From Histomonas meleagridis 2922-C6/04-290x (lineage: Eukaryota > Protista > Parabasalia): DNA of 64,000 nucleotides. The notes under the pieces were generated by a model that saw only the letters and a list, made by a program, of their open reading frames with translations, was not told the DNA's origin and searched no databases. Below, one piece after another: positions 49,734 to 59,701 of this stretch. Each line of letters starts with the position of its first letter. Position 1 is the first letter of the stretch. The translations under genes were made by a program, and so were the position numbers. The stretch spans positions 124,001 to 188,000 of the forward strand of contig JAANOX010000134.1 of assembly GCA_020184695.1 (NCBI GenBank), given 5' to 3'.

Positions 49734-52676
49734 TTATTTTATCAGCTCAAATACCTCATTATTTTGTTGGAAAAATTGCGGCTTCTTCAACAACAAACAC
49801 TTTATGAAATCGTCCGCTATTTCCTTATAGTTACTTATCAGCGACATTACCATTTCGATTTTAATATGTTTCATCTCAGCGATTAATATTGGCGCAATTG
49901 CCACACAGTTTACCTCAGCCAACAACTCATCAAATCTATAGTACACGAGAACTTCAGCTATTCTTTCGATTGGCGCATTAATTTCGATCATTTTCTCCAC
50001 AATTAAAATCAAATTTTCTTCGCTAATTTCATTCTTCAAAAGATTTAAATATTTCTCATTTTGCCTTTTCATGGAAATAAGTCTTGAAATATCATCGATA
50101 CTTCGTAATTTTATGGCTACAAATATCGAACAGTCACTCGTTGTGTCATTAACTATTTCGCCAATTTGCGTTTTGGATAATGACGAAAGTATCATTGCAA
50201 CTTCATTGTTTGTTAATTTCTCATAATCACTTCGTAATTGTTCAATCATCGGACGAATGTTACGTTGTACCTTTTGTTGTGATTGTTGTTTATGGTAAAG
50301 TCGTTGTCGAGTGATTAATTGATTTGTCAATTCATTCAAATCTTGAACATGAGAAATTAAGGTCCGTTGACGTTCATCGGGTGAAAATGACGTGATACGA
50401 AATGCTAAATCTGGGATATAACCACAAATTGCGCATAAAAGTGTTTCAGAATCTAATTCTTCTTTTTCAATCAAATTATCAATAAGTGTATCAAATGATG
50501 GATTAGATCGTTGGAGATATATAAATTGTGCTAATCCTAATTTATCATTGGTATTTATTTCAAAATCTCGATTTAAAAAATGGAGAACGTTACTCGCAAA
50601 CGGCCACACACCGATAGACTTCAGATTGCGGTTTGAGGGCTTATTGAAAAATGTGAGAATTGAAGAAAACCACGATTGAATGCAATAACCGACGCCGAAG
50701 AGTACGTTAGTTGAAGAAATACGTTTACCATCGGCTATCATCTTGATAATAAAAGATTCGGCATCAGAAGGTGCAGGACATAAAGACAATGTGTAAAGGT
50801 ATATTAATTGAACTAAATCTGATTTTTCACTTGGAGTTATGTTGTGAAGAATTTGTGATATTTGGTTTGGCTCATCAATAAGTCGATATGATAAATATAA
50901 TGCAAGTGAAAAGCCACACGAAAAACGAATTCGTTCGTCTTTGATATCTTTTGATGCTATTGTGGCTAAACATCGTTCAATGATTGATTGTGAAACTGAC
51001 ATATTGAAGACACATTCACCAGCTTCAACTAAAATTTTGATCCACTCAACAGTGACATTCTTAAAAACATCAAAAAACATTGTAAATGCAGTTGCTAATT
51101 GAAGCATACGAGATGTGGTCATTGGCTTCTGAAGTTCTTCATTGACAACTTCGGCAAGAATGTCGGTCTTGGAGTTGACAATTGGCTCTTTTTCAGGAAG
51201 AAGAGAAATCAGACTATTGAAATGAGAAACTTTTTCATATGGAAGACGAAGAAGGCCACTGATGACTGAAATCTTATCTTTCTTACAAAGCTTGTCAAGA
51301 AGTGGTTTAGCAATTTCGACATCATCAGGGTCATTTAATCCGATAATACAATAATGAATAAGGTCATCAAAATCCAGACCATCCTCTGAAACGGTACGAA
51401 TACTGTGGTAATCATTCCAAACAAATTCTTCGTCGATTGTCTCAGATCCAACTGCGTAAGCGATTGCATTAAGTAAATGAATTCTAATGACTTTTGGACA
51501 TTTTTTCATCAAATGTCTTATTTTTGGAAAAACAAGTGGAACAGTATCAGGATATCTCGAAGAAAGAAGTTCAAGTCCTATTACGGCGGCCGTTAAGATT
51601 TCAATATCTGTTTTATCGTCGAGCTTTGAAAATTCTGATAAATAAAGGTGTGAAAGGTTTGGATCGCCGATGCACCACTTCGCAAGCAAAGTGTAATAAA
51701 ACGGCAAGGAATTGGGAATTGAGAACTTCTCGCTTGAAGCAAGCAAAAAGTCATGAAGTTGCCTTGGATCCTTCTCTTTTGCAATTCGCTTTTTGATTTC
51801 TTTTTGGAGAGATTTGTTAAATTTTACTGCTCTACACAAACGTGGACTCGACATTTCGTTAGGGACTTTTTGGAGCATTTGCATACGAAGCATTGGTGGA
51901 AGTTGATTAAGACCAACTTCGATGATTTTTGATTCATCAAATTTATATGGATTTTTCCGAGTTGTATTTGCCCAACTTACAAATAATTTTGGAACTTTGA
52001 GTTTGGTTTCTATGATGAGTTCAATGATTTTATTCGGATCTGATAATGCCATTGCGTTATTTATTAAAATCGAAAGCAGTTTATCATTTGTATACTTTCT
52101 TTCTACTAGATAGTAAGAAATTGAAAGGAATTCGAAGTAAAGATCATTTGAATATGTTGATGGAATTTGAGAAAGACATTTGAGAGCAAAATCAAAATCA
52201 GAACTAGTTGTAATGTATCTAAAGAGAAGCTCATCTCTTATTCCAATGATGTGAGTTTCTTTTTCACTTGGAATATTTTTAAAAAGAAGTTCTAAAAGTG
52301 GATGGAGAAACAAATTAAAATGAGAATGAACTGAAATGAAATATGAAACAGCATAACATTTTTCAGTGTATAAGTTTCTGTATATTAATTCAGCTGTTTT
52401 TTGTGGATTTTGGTGAATTAAAATTAGATCAAGAAATGGTAAATAATAATCTTCATTTCTCTCGGTGTCAAACACATGCGAAACACTGTTTAGTATTTTT
52501 GGTTTGAAATTTTGGTTTTTTGGTAATGTTAATAATTGTGAAAATCTGGATAAACAAAATTCAAAATAAATTTTTGAAACAGAATATAGGCTACTTAGGC
52601 ATGACAAGTCATCGCTAAGATTGTTTGAAGGGATTAATTTAGCCTTTGCTAATAATTCTTGAGAAGCCTTACTCAT
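49734..52676 (-). CDS. Hypothetical alpha-solenoid-like protein (about 980 aa)
   Basis: Long L/I-rich helical ORF with no recognised motif. Start at ATG 52676, with an M3-like AAACGGTT at 52728-52735 upstream. Confidence 0.75.
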   Translation of the reverse strand: MSKASQELLAKAKLIPSNNLSDDLSCLSSLYSVSKIYFEFCLSRFSQLLTLPKNQNFKPKILNSVSHVFDTERNEDYYLPFLDLILIHQNPQKTAELIYRNLYTEKCYAVSYFISVHSHFNLFLHPLLELLFKNIPSEKETHIIGIRDELLFRYITTSSDFDFALKCLSQIPSTYSNDLYFEFLSISYYLVERKYTNDKLLSILINNAMALSDPNKIIELIIETKLKVPKLFVSWANTTRKNPYKFDESKIIEVGLNQLPPMLRMQMLQKVPNEMSSPRLCRAVKFNKSLQKEIKKRIAKEKDPRQLHDFLLASSEKFSIPNSLPFYYTLLAKWCIGDPNLSHLYLSEFSKLDDKTDIEILTAAVIGLELLSSRYPDTVPLVFPKIRHLMKKCPKVIRIHLLNAIAYAVGSETIDEEFVWNDYHSIRTVSEDGLDFDDLIHYCIIGLNDPDDVEIAKPLLDKLCKKDKISVISGLLRLPYEKVSHFNSLISLLPEKEPIVNSKTDILAEVVNEELQKPMTTSRMLQLATAFTMFFDVFKNVTVEWIKILVEAGECVFNMSVSQSIIERCLATIASKDIKDERIRFSCGFSLALYLSYRLIDEPNQISQILHNITPSEKSDLVQLIYLYTLSLCPAPSDAESFIIKMIADGKRISSTNVLFGVGYCIQSWFSSILTFFNKPSNRNLKSIGVWPFASNVLHFLNRDFEINTNDKLGLAQFIYLQRSNPSFDTLIDNLIEKEELDSETLLCAICGYIPDLAFRITSFSPDERQRTLISHVQDLNELTNQLITRQRLYHKQQSQQKVQRNIRPMIEQLRSDYEKLTNNEVAMILSSLSKTQIGEIVNDTTSDCSIFVAIKLRSIDDISRLISMKRQNEKYLNLLKNEISEENLILIVEKMIEINAPIERIAEVLVYYRFDELLAEVNCVAIAPILIAEMKHIKIEMVMSLISNYKEIADDFIKCLLLKKPQFFQQNNEVFELIK

Positions 52677-52785
52677 TAAGAACAGACACTTTTTGCATAA
52701 ACAGCCACACAATTTTTCAAACAAGTAAACCGTTTATAAATTCACCAATACGCTCACTAAGTCAAATTTTAAAACAAATATATAT

Positions 52786-54280
52786 TTAATGGAATATACA
52801 TATGGTAGTACTTGATTTTATATTATTCTTTAATTCCTTTTGTTTAGAAATTATCAAATTTTTTATATAATTTTCATTCTTGAAAGATGCAATATCAAGT
52901 GCTGTTCTAAATAAGTTAAATAATTTCCAAATATTATTTTAAAATATCCAATTATTAAAATATATCTCAAATAACTCATATAAATATTTTTAGCATAAAT
53001 ATCAATTCCTTTTTGCTCAAGAAGTAATTGAGCCATTTCTGTGATTCCATTCCAAGTTGCAAACATAAGTGCTGTATAAAATATTTTAAATGATTTCCAA
53101 ATATTATTTTGAAAGATTAAATGATTGAAATAAATATAAAATAAAACAAATTAATATTTTTAGCATTAACATCAATTCCTTCTTTATCAAGAAGTAATTT
53201 AACTATTTCTGTATGACCATTTTCGGATGAAGCTATTAATACTTTTCCCGCTTCAATGTTTCCAAGCAAGCATTTGACGAAAAATATATCACCACTTTTT
53301 ATTAATTCATAAATAATTTCATCAATTTTTATTTTCTCATTTAAAAAAAATAAAATCAATTCATAGTTATAAGAAGAAATACATTTCCTTACCAAATAAT
53401 TAATATTTGAAGTTCCAAAAATTTTATTTTCATAAATATAATTAAAGATATCATTTTGATGAAATTCTATTACATTTTCAAATGAATTTGATAATGATGA
53501 ATGGCTTTGTTCACATAAATGAATGATTTCAAGATTTCTGCCTGCTACTGCATATTTACCAGTATTCATTAACCTAGAATGATTTAATAACAAATATTTA
53601 AAACAGTTGATTGATCCAAAAAATGCTGCAAAATCATTTAACGTAACACTATTTTGATTAATATATGAACATCTTTCATAAAGTGATGGTCTAATTAGTT
53701 GAGTAAATGTGAAATTCGGTTGTGATGATATTTCTTGAAGTTTTTCGATATCATCATTTCGAATTATTTTTGATATTTCATTTGGATTAACACCTTCTTT
53801 AATTAATTGCTTATGAAGTTCCCAATCATTCTTTGAAAGTTTATCAATATTATGTTTTATTTCATCATTGAATTGATAAGAATTAATATTTAATGAATTA
53901 ATTTCTTTGAGTTTTATAATGTATAAAATATAATGTTTTCTTGTTTTAACTATATTTAGGTTTATCATTTCTTTTTCTATCATTTTCTCAAGTAAAAAAT
54001 TTGATTCTTGCATATCTGAATCAAGTAGTAATTGCGTAAAAATATCTATAATAGTATTCTTTTCTTTTTGATGAATAGCATTTATAAAATTCAAGCACAC
54101 ATCAAAGTCAATTATTCTTGATACAAAGCATGTGTAGATTAAATGACACAAAGTATATTCATTGAATTATTATCAAATGATCTGAACTGATTCCTCTACA
54201 TTATTGACATTTAATTCACGAATGATTTTTTGAATTAGCACAAGGTCATGAAGGCATTTTTCATTTGCTTGCTGTTCCAT
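52786..54280 (-). CDS. DUF3447-like / ankyrin-repeat gene interrupted by two 80-nt spacers and a stop cluster (spliced gene or pseudogene)
   Basis: FAAFFGSINCFKYLL..YAVAG.NLEIIH, then ankyrin segments LIASSENGHTEIVKLLLDKEGIDVNAKN | TALMFATWNGITEMAQLLLEQKGIDIYAKN | TALDIASF...* (stop 52788-52786). Three in-frame stops at 54175-54167. Confidence 0.75.
52906..52985 (-). other. 80-nt AT-rich spacer 2 inside an ankyrin repeat
   Basis: Same flanks and length as spacer 1, 61/80 identical with no gaps. Confidence 0.7.
53076..53155 (-). other. 80-nt AT-rich spacer 1 inside an ankyrin repeat (candidate non-canonical intron or insertion)
   Basis: Lies between GCTAAAAAT (AKN) and ACAGCACTT (TAL), contains an in-frame TAA and breaks the frame. 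Confidence 0.7.
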
Positions 54281-54363
54281 CGCAAAATATCGATTGATGA
54301 GAAATCCCCCATAATTTATAGGTTTACATTCATTCAAAACAAGAAAACTGACACAGAAAATTT

Positions 54364-54373
54364 GGGGCACACC
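54364..54373. promoter_or_regulatory. GGGCACCC-like motif (variant copy, GGGGCACACC)
   Basis: In the 124-nt divergent gap, 32 nt upstream of ATG 54405. Confidence 0.35.
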
Positions 54374-54404
54374 AATTTTTAAACGGCCTCATATCAGTTG
54401 CTAA

Positions 54405-55346
54405 ATGAAAATTGTTTTATTAGAAGGACTTGGCGTTTCCGATGAAGTGATAGCTAAGCACGCAAATAAGCTTAAAGAAATGGGTCATAGCTTTGTTGCA
54501 TATCCAAAAGATACTAATCCATCAGTTCAAATTGAAAGAGTCCGAGATGCAGATGTCATAATGCTTGCAAATATGCCACTGCCACAAGCCGTCCTTGACG
54601 CAGCCACAAATGTCAAATTTATTAATGTTGCCTTTACAGGTGTTGATCATATTCCAGTTTCTTCTGCCAAAAGTCGTGGTATTGCCATTAGTAATGCATC
54701 TGGCTATGCCACACAAGCTGTTTCTGAACTTTGCATCAGTTTTATGATCCAACTTCTTCGAAATATTCCACAAACCGAGCAACGTTGTCGTAACGGTGGA
54801 ACCAAAGATGGCCTAGTTGGCAATCTTCTTTGTGGGAAAACTATTGGTATTATTGGGACAGGTGCCATTGGTAAAAAAGTTGCAAATCTATGTAAAGCGT
54901 TTGGTTGTACCGTCATTGGATATAACCGAAGCAAAGTAACTGATCCATCCATTGATGCGCAAGTGTCATTAGATGAACTTCTCCAACGTTCTGATGTTGT
55001 ATCTCTTCATTGTCCACTCACTGAGCAAACGAAGGGAATGATTGGAGCCAAAGAGTTATCTCTTATGAAGAAGAGCGCGATACTCATAAACACTGCGCGT
55101 GGTGCTGTTGTTGATTCGCAAGCACTTGCTGATGCGCTACAAAATGGAACAATTGCAGGCGCTGCATGCGATGTATTTGAGAATGAGCCGCCAATTGACA
55201 AAAATCATCCACTTCTAAAGTGTCCAAATACAATTGTGACACCACATATCGCATTCGCTTCTGTCGAGTCAATGGAACAAAGAGCGGAAATAGTGTTCAA
55301 TAACTTATACTCGTGGCTTGATGGAAAGCAAATAAACGCAATTTAA
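54405..55346 (+). CDS. D-isomer-specific 2-hydroxyacid dehydrogenase (glycerate dehydrogenase/hydroxypyruvate reductase-like), bacterial-type
   Basis: VAFTGVDHI, NASGY, GIIGTGAIG (Rossmann), VSLHCPL, INTARGAVVD, DVFENEP and TPHIAF. Catalytic R/E/H are present. Confidence 0.95.
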   Translation: MKIVLLEGLGVSDEVIAKHANKLKEMGHSFVAYPKDTNPSVQIERVRDADVIMLANMPLPQAVLDAATNVKFINVAFTGVDHIPVSSAKSRGIAISNASGYATQAVSELCISFMIQLLRNIPQTEQRCRNGGTKDGLVGNLLCGKTIGIIGTGAIGKKVANLCKAFGCTVIGYNRSKVTDPSIDAQVSLDELLQRSDVVSLHCPLTEQTKGMIGAKELSLMKKSAILINTARGAVVDSQALADALQNGTIAGAACDVFENEPPIDKNHPLLKCPNTIVTPHIAFASVESMEQRAEIVFNNLYSWLDGKQINAI

Positions 55347-55590
55347 ACATTTGTTTTTGTTCCCTAATTTTTATGTATGTATGTAAATTCTTTAATAGAA
55401 TATGATAATTTAGGTTAAGAGATTTATCTTTTTCTAAGGTGAGTTAGGCTATAAAGAAAAATTGAACATGATATCTTAAATGGAAATTACAAAATTAAGA
55501 TAATTGATGGTTGCTTCAAAAAAAAATATTTGTGAACTACTTGAATAACTTTTGCTAAGATTTAATGGATACAATGAAAGGATATTTCGA

Positions 55591-56847
55591 ATGCAGAAAG
55601 TTGAACAAACGAATATATTAACGGTCGTCACATTAATGAAGGAAAATGAAGAGCTGTCGCATCAGGAAATCCTTTCAATAGCCGAAAACAATATGTGCGA
55701 CTGTTCTGGTAAGTGCTTCACAAGCTTCTCAAAGTTTAAATGTCCTTCATTAGCAAAGGTTTTAAATTTTACAAATAATTGCATTACAGATTTCAATGGA
55801 TTTGAACCAAACTCAAATCTAGAGAAACTAATATTAGATGATAACCCACTTCTTTCTTTCCAAGGCTTAATTGAAGATCAAAAAATTAAATCTTTTTCAG
55901 CTCAAAACACACCAATTTCTCTTCTCCCAAGTTTTCGTCAGCTTGCAATCCTAGCCTTTGGCCCTTCAATTGAAGAAATAAATAACGAAAAAGTTACGAT
56001 TTCAGAGCGAAAAATATTATCACCAGAATATCTTTCAAATTATTTCTCACCTTCAAGCACATCAGCAAATGACAAAGAAAGCGGAATTAACATTCTTAAC
56101 AAACTTCGAAAAGCTGTACGAAATGGTTGGATTGATACATCAATTCCAAAAAAGCTTGATTTAATTGAAATCAGATCTCTTGAAACTGAAATGGATCCCA
56201 TTTCTGTCCGTGCCATGCGTGTAATGGATCTTTCGCACGCAAGCGAAGACAAAATTAATGATTTGTTTGAAAAAATCTTTCAACCAAGCACCACTAAACC
56301 CAAGCGCTTTAAAGCGCATGATGTTAATGATGAACGGATTGCTAAGCAGCAAGAGCTTATTGCCTTCATGCAGAATCAGCTTGAGCAACTGAAGGAAATC
56401 AACGCATCAAAAACCAAAAAAGTGTCAAAGAAAAAGTCGGGAAAAACCGAAAACGAAGAACTTTCAGCTGAAACAGAGCAATTATATGAAAAGTTGCTTG
56501 AGGAAGTTGGCCAAGGCTTAATACAGAACTCAGAGTATGTGGAAGAACATACTAGTGCAAATAACCCAATTGGTTTAAGAAATGCAGTTGCGAAATTACT
56601 CGGAGTGAATCCTGGCATAGGAGATGTCAAACTCGCAAAGATGCTGGGACGCATGAAAAGGATTGAAAATGATACAGAAGAGCAAATAGAGCAACATGTT
56701 GAGGAAGAAGAAAAAATGGAAAATGAGAAACCTGCGGCGGAAAATGAACGCAAAGCAAACAGTGAAACAGAGGTAAAGGATGTAGAAGAAATAGAAGAAA
56801 ATATAAAATCAACAACAGAAGAAGAAGAACATACACCCGAAGAATGA
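55591..56847 (+). CDS. Short leucine-rich-repeat protein with acidic coiled-coil tail
   Basis: LNFTNNCITDF, LEKLILDDNPL, FSAQNTPI and LRcap-like FGPSIEEINNEKVT..ER. Start moved to ATG 55591. Confidence 0.7.
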   Translation: MQKVEQTNILTVVTLMKENEELSHQEILSIAENNMCDCSGKCFTSFSKFKCPSLAKVLNFTNNCITDFNGFEPNSNLEKLILDDNPLLSFQGLIEDQKIKSFSAQNTPISLLPSFRQLAILAFGPSIEEINNEKVTISERKILSPEYLSNYFSPSSTSANDKESGINILNKLRKAVRNGWIDTSIPKKLDLIEIRSLETEMDPISVRAMRVMDLSHASEDKINDLFEKIFQPSTTKPKRFKAHDVNDERIAKQQELIAFMQNQLEQLKEINASKTKKVSKKKSGKTENEELSAETEQLYEKLLEEVGQGLIQNSEYVEEHTSANNPIGLRNAVAKLLGVNPGIGDVKLAKMLGRMKRIENDTEEQIEQHVEEEEKMENEKPAAENERKANSETEVKDVEEIEENIKSTTEEEEHTPEE

Positions 56848-57130
56848 ATTTTAAATAAATCTTATTTTTTCGCTATTTTGAAGCAAAGATTAACTACAAT
56901 TATTATCACTCTAAATGAATGAAAAAAATTTAAATTTTTCGAACAAATGTTATCCCAAATTTGAAAATTTGAAATATGGAATTCTTTTATTTGAAACATC
57001 ATAATGATATGTTAAATTAACTTATATTTTCCTGACCAAAGAAATAAATTAAGATCTAAAATTTTGTTTCGAGTTTTACTAATATTACATTTTCTTTTGT
57101 TTTTTGAGCTATAAAATTCAATCTTGCCGT

Positions 57131-58252
57131 TCAAATGGTGAGATACTGTGGGATGTTGCTGAATTTCCTTAGAGTACATGTGAATCGTCCGTGCTGTACA
57201 ACTTGAACATCTTCAACAACTGGAGTAAAAGGTTCTTTTGCTTTTTTATTACTATCAAAATCCTGACAGAAATCAAATTTAATTTTCTTTTCCTTTTTTG
57301 GAATTCCTGGCAAAGGTGCGCTTGCGCGTAAGTCCGGAACCTTTTGATTGCCATTCATAATTTCAAATCTTCTGTCCAAAGGAAGAATTTGGTTCATCAA
57401 AATTGTTTTGATATATTCTTTTCCTTTTGCTTTCTTTAAGAACTTATGCTTTAGAAGTTCACTTGCTGAAGGCCTGTGTGCTGGGTCAATAGTTAAGCAC
57501 TTTTCTACGAAATCATGAAAACTTTTTGAAAACATATCGCTAGGAAGGGATGGCGCTTTTCCTTTACATATTTCACGTACAAGTTCTAAATCACTTTTAT
57601 AATGCAATGGATTCCTGCCCATCGCAAGAGAAATTGCTGTGATGCCGAGGCTCCATATGTCGGAAAGTTCGGTGTGCCCCTCGCGACCGTTTAAAATTTC
57701 TGGAGATGAATAACATGTTGAACTAATTGATGAAAAACGTGCAGCCTTTCGATGTCCTTCTTGAAGTAACCCAGCAGATTCGTATAAGTTCCCGATTTTT
57801 ACTTCACCAAGGTGAGAAATTAAGATATTAGATGGTTGAACATTTCGATGAATTTGATGATTGGAATGAAAGTATTCTAAAAATTTTAGTGTTTTTTTAA
57901 TAATCGTAGCCAATAAAATCTCATCCTTGAAGCCATTTTGAAAAGAAAAATCAATAATATCCGAGCATGAACCACCGTCCATGTACTCAGAAACTATCCA
58001 AAGTGATGAATTTACTGTGAAAGAACAATAGTATTGAATAAGGTTTGGATGTTGAGATGTTGACCAAATAGAAACGCCTCTTCGAAAACGTTGGAAATCG
58101 ATTTTATTTTCTTCCATATTGATTATCTTTATTGCACATAATTGATCATTTGATAAACATCGTGCAACGTAGACTTCGGATATGCCTCCTTGGCCTATTT
58201 TATGAAGTATTTGATATTGAGATGAATAGTGAGGAAACAAAGTTCTGCTCAT
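57131..58252 (-). CDS. STE20-family (OSR1/SPAK/Fray-like) kinase-fold protein, probable pseudokinase
   Basis: IGQGGISEVY, AIK, LWIVSEYMDGGSCSDII, SPE and SDIWSLGITAISLAMG. HRD reads HRN and DFG reads NLY. Confidence 0.88.
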   Translation of the reverse strand: MSRTLFPHYSSQYQILHKIGQGGISEVYVARCLSNDQLCAIKIINMEENKIDFQRFRRGVSIWSTSQHPNLIQYYCSFTVNSSLWIVSEYMDGGSCSDIIDFSFQNGFKDEILLATIIKKTLKFLEYFHSNHQIHRNVQPSNILISHLGEVKIGNLYESAGLLQEGHRKAARFSSISSTCYSSPEILNGREGHTELSDIWSLGITAISLAMGRNPLHYKSDLELVREICKGKAPSLPSDMFSKSFHDFVEKCLTIDPAHRPSASELLKHKFLKKAKGKEYIKTILMNQILPLDRRFEIMNGNQKVPDLRASAPLPGIPKKEKKIKFDFCQDFDSNKKAKEPFTPVVEDVQVVQHGRFTCTLRKFSNIPQYLTI

Positions 58253-58836
58253 TCAGCTTGTTTGAATTCTTTTTTTTCAATACGAAGGTAAGCACTGAAA
58301 TTTTTTATTTCAATTGAAAATTGGTATGATGCGTCCTGGCGTAATTCGTTTAATTATTTGAGGCATGTTTACAAACCGAAATTTTCAAAGATTTTGGTTT
58401 GGATTCATGCCATCATTGATTTTAAGATCAATACTAGAATTTGCTTCTGGTGTTAGCATAAATTTTATTTAGATTTTTAATAGATGTATATTCATATAGA
58501 TTTTAAAATCAATCTGATAAATCTTTCCCTCAAAGATCTTTTTTCAAAATAAAACCCGAAAAATACTCTGTCAACAAATCGAGGTTTGTTGGAAATGGCA
58601 TTATAGTTGTATCAATTTTCAAAAAATTGATATTTATTTAATAAACTTAAATTTTTCCTCATTTTTAAATAAGGGCTTGGTAAAAACAAAACCGCATGAA
58701 TGAAATATGTTTCCCTCGTCGGAGGGAGATGGTTTTCCATCAAAAGCAGTGTCAGATAGAAAACGGTTTTTCCCCAGCCAACAATTAATTTTAAACCATA
58801 CAAAATTTTGTTAATTTAAGAAATTTTGAATTGCAA

Positions 58837-59283
58837 ATGGGTTCACAGATGAATGAGGGATGCAACAACATGTTTTTTGATTTAACAGTTCCTAAGAAAG
58901 TCTCTTCTCAAGAATCGAGCTCAGAACCAATACAAGACACCCGGACTATTAAACCTCCAAGTAAATTATCAAATTATTATCAGAACCAAGAATTAATTGA
59001 TGAAGAAGATGCAAACAAAATTTACAAATGCAATCACTCTTCATCACCAACAATTGTTACAAGCTCTGGCAGATTCACATTCACATATCAAGAAAAGCAA
59101 CAGAGCGAAATTGAAATAAATAAAAACAACAGAGTCATCAAAATTACTAAGATAGCACAGCCAAAAAGGCCAAATAATAATATAGCTAATCAAAGAAGAT
59201 TTTCGGTCGAAATACATTTCCCAACAAAAAACGATCAAATAAGTAGTTCAATGGGCTATGATGAGCTTATTGATATTTTTTGA
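58837..59283 (+). CDS. Small disordered hypothetical protein with RFx(V/F)-like motifs
   Basis: About 148 aa, containing SGRFTFT and RRFSVEI. Confidence 0.55.
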   Translation: MGSQMNEGCNNMFFDLTVPKKVSSQESSSEPIQDTRTIKPPSKLSNYYQNQELIDEEDANKIYKCNHSSSPTIVTSSGRFTFTYQEKQQSEIEINKNNRVIKITKIAQPKRPNNNIANQRRFSVEIHFPTKNDQISSSMGYDELIDIF

Positions 59284-59349
59284 ATATTATTGATAAATAA
59301 CACTCAGTTTCTTATATTTTATTTTGAAACAAACTTTGTTAATTTCATT

Positions 59350-59359
59350 GGGGTGCCCC
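59350..59359. promoter_or_regulatory. GGGCACCC motif (copy 3, GGGGTGCCCC)
   Basis: Intergenic, about 340 nt upstream of ATG 59702. Confidence 0.4.
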
Positions 59360-59701
59360 GTGCGCTCTATCGTTTAGAAATGAGGGATTTGCACCAAAAA
59401 TTTTCGGCAACTTCAAGTTTTAACATTTTCGTAGTATTATTCAAAACTTTATACTTTGTGCCTTTTATAAGCTAATGAGATTCCTTAATTCTCTTTGCTC
59501 TTTATTAAATAGAGATAATTTTAATTATTATTTTCTTTTTTTTAATCATTATTTTTATTTTTTAAATATATTTAAATATAAGGACAGAACAAGAATGTTA
59601 GTTGGGCATTATGGTAAAGGACATATTATTTAAAGTTAAAAAAACAAATTTCAACCAATTTTTTATTCAAATTTTAAACAAGCAATAAATTATTTTTATA
59701 A

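Noticed and set aside
52906-53155. Canonical GT-AG or U12 AT-AC interpretation of the ankyrin spacers
   Set aside because: GT-AG and AT-AC pairs tested by hand do not restore the frame consistently in both spacers, and there is no ACTAAC branch motif.
54160-54180. Stop-codon reassignment (alternative genetic code) to explain the in-frame stops
   Set aside because: TAA and TGA terminate well-conserved genes in the window at the expected positions.
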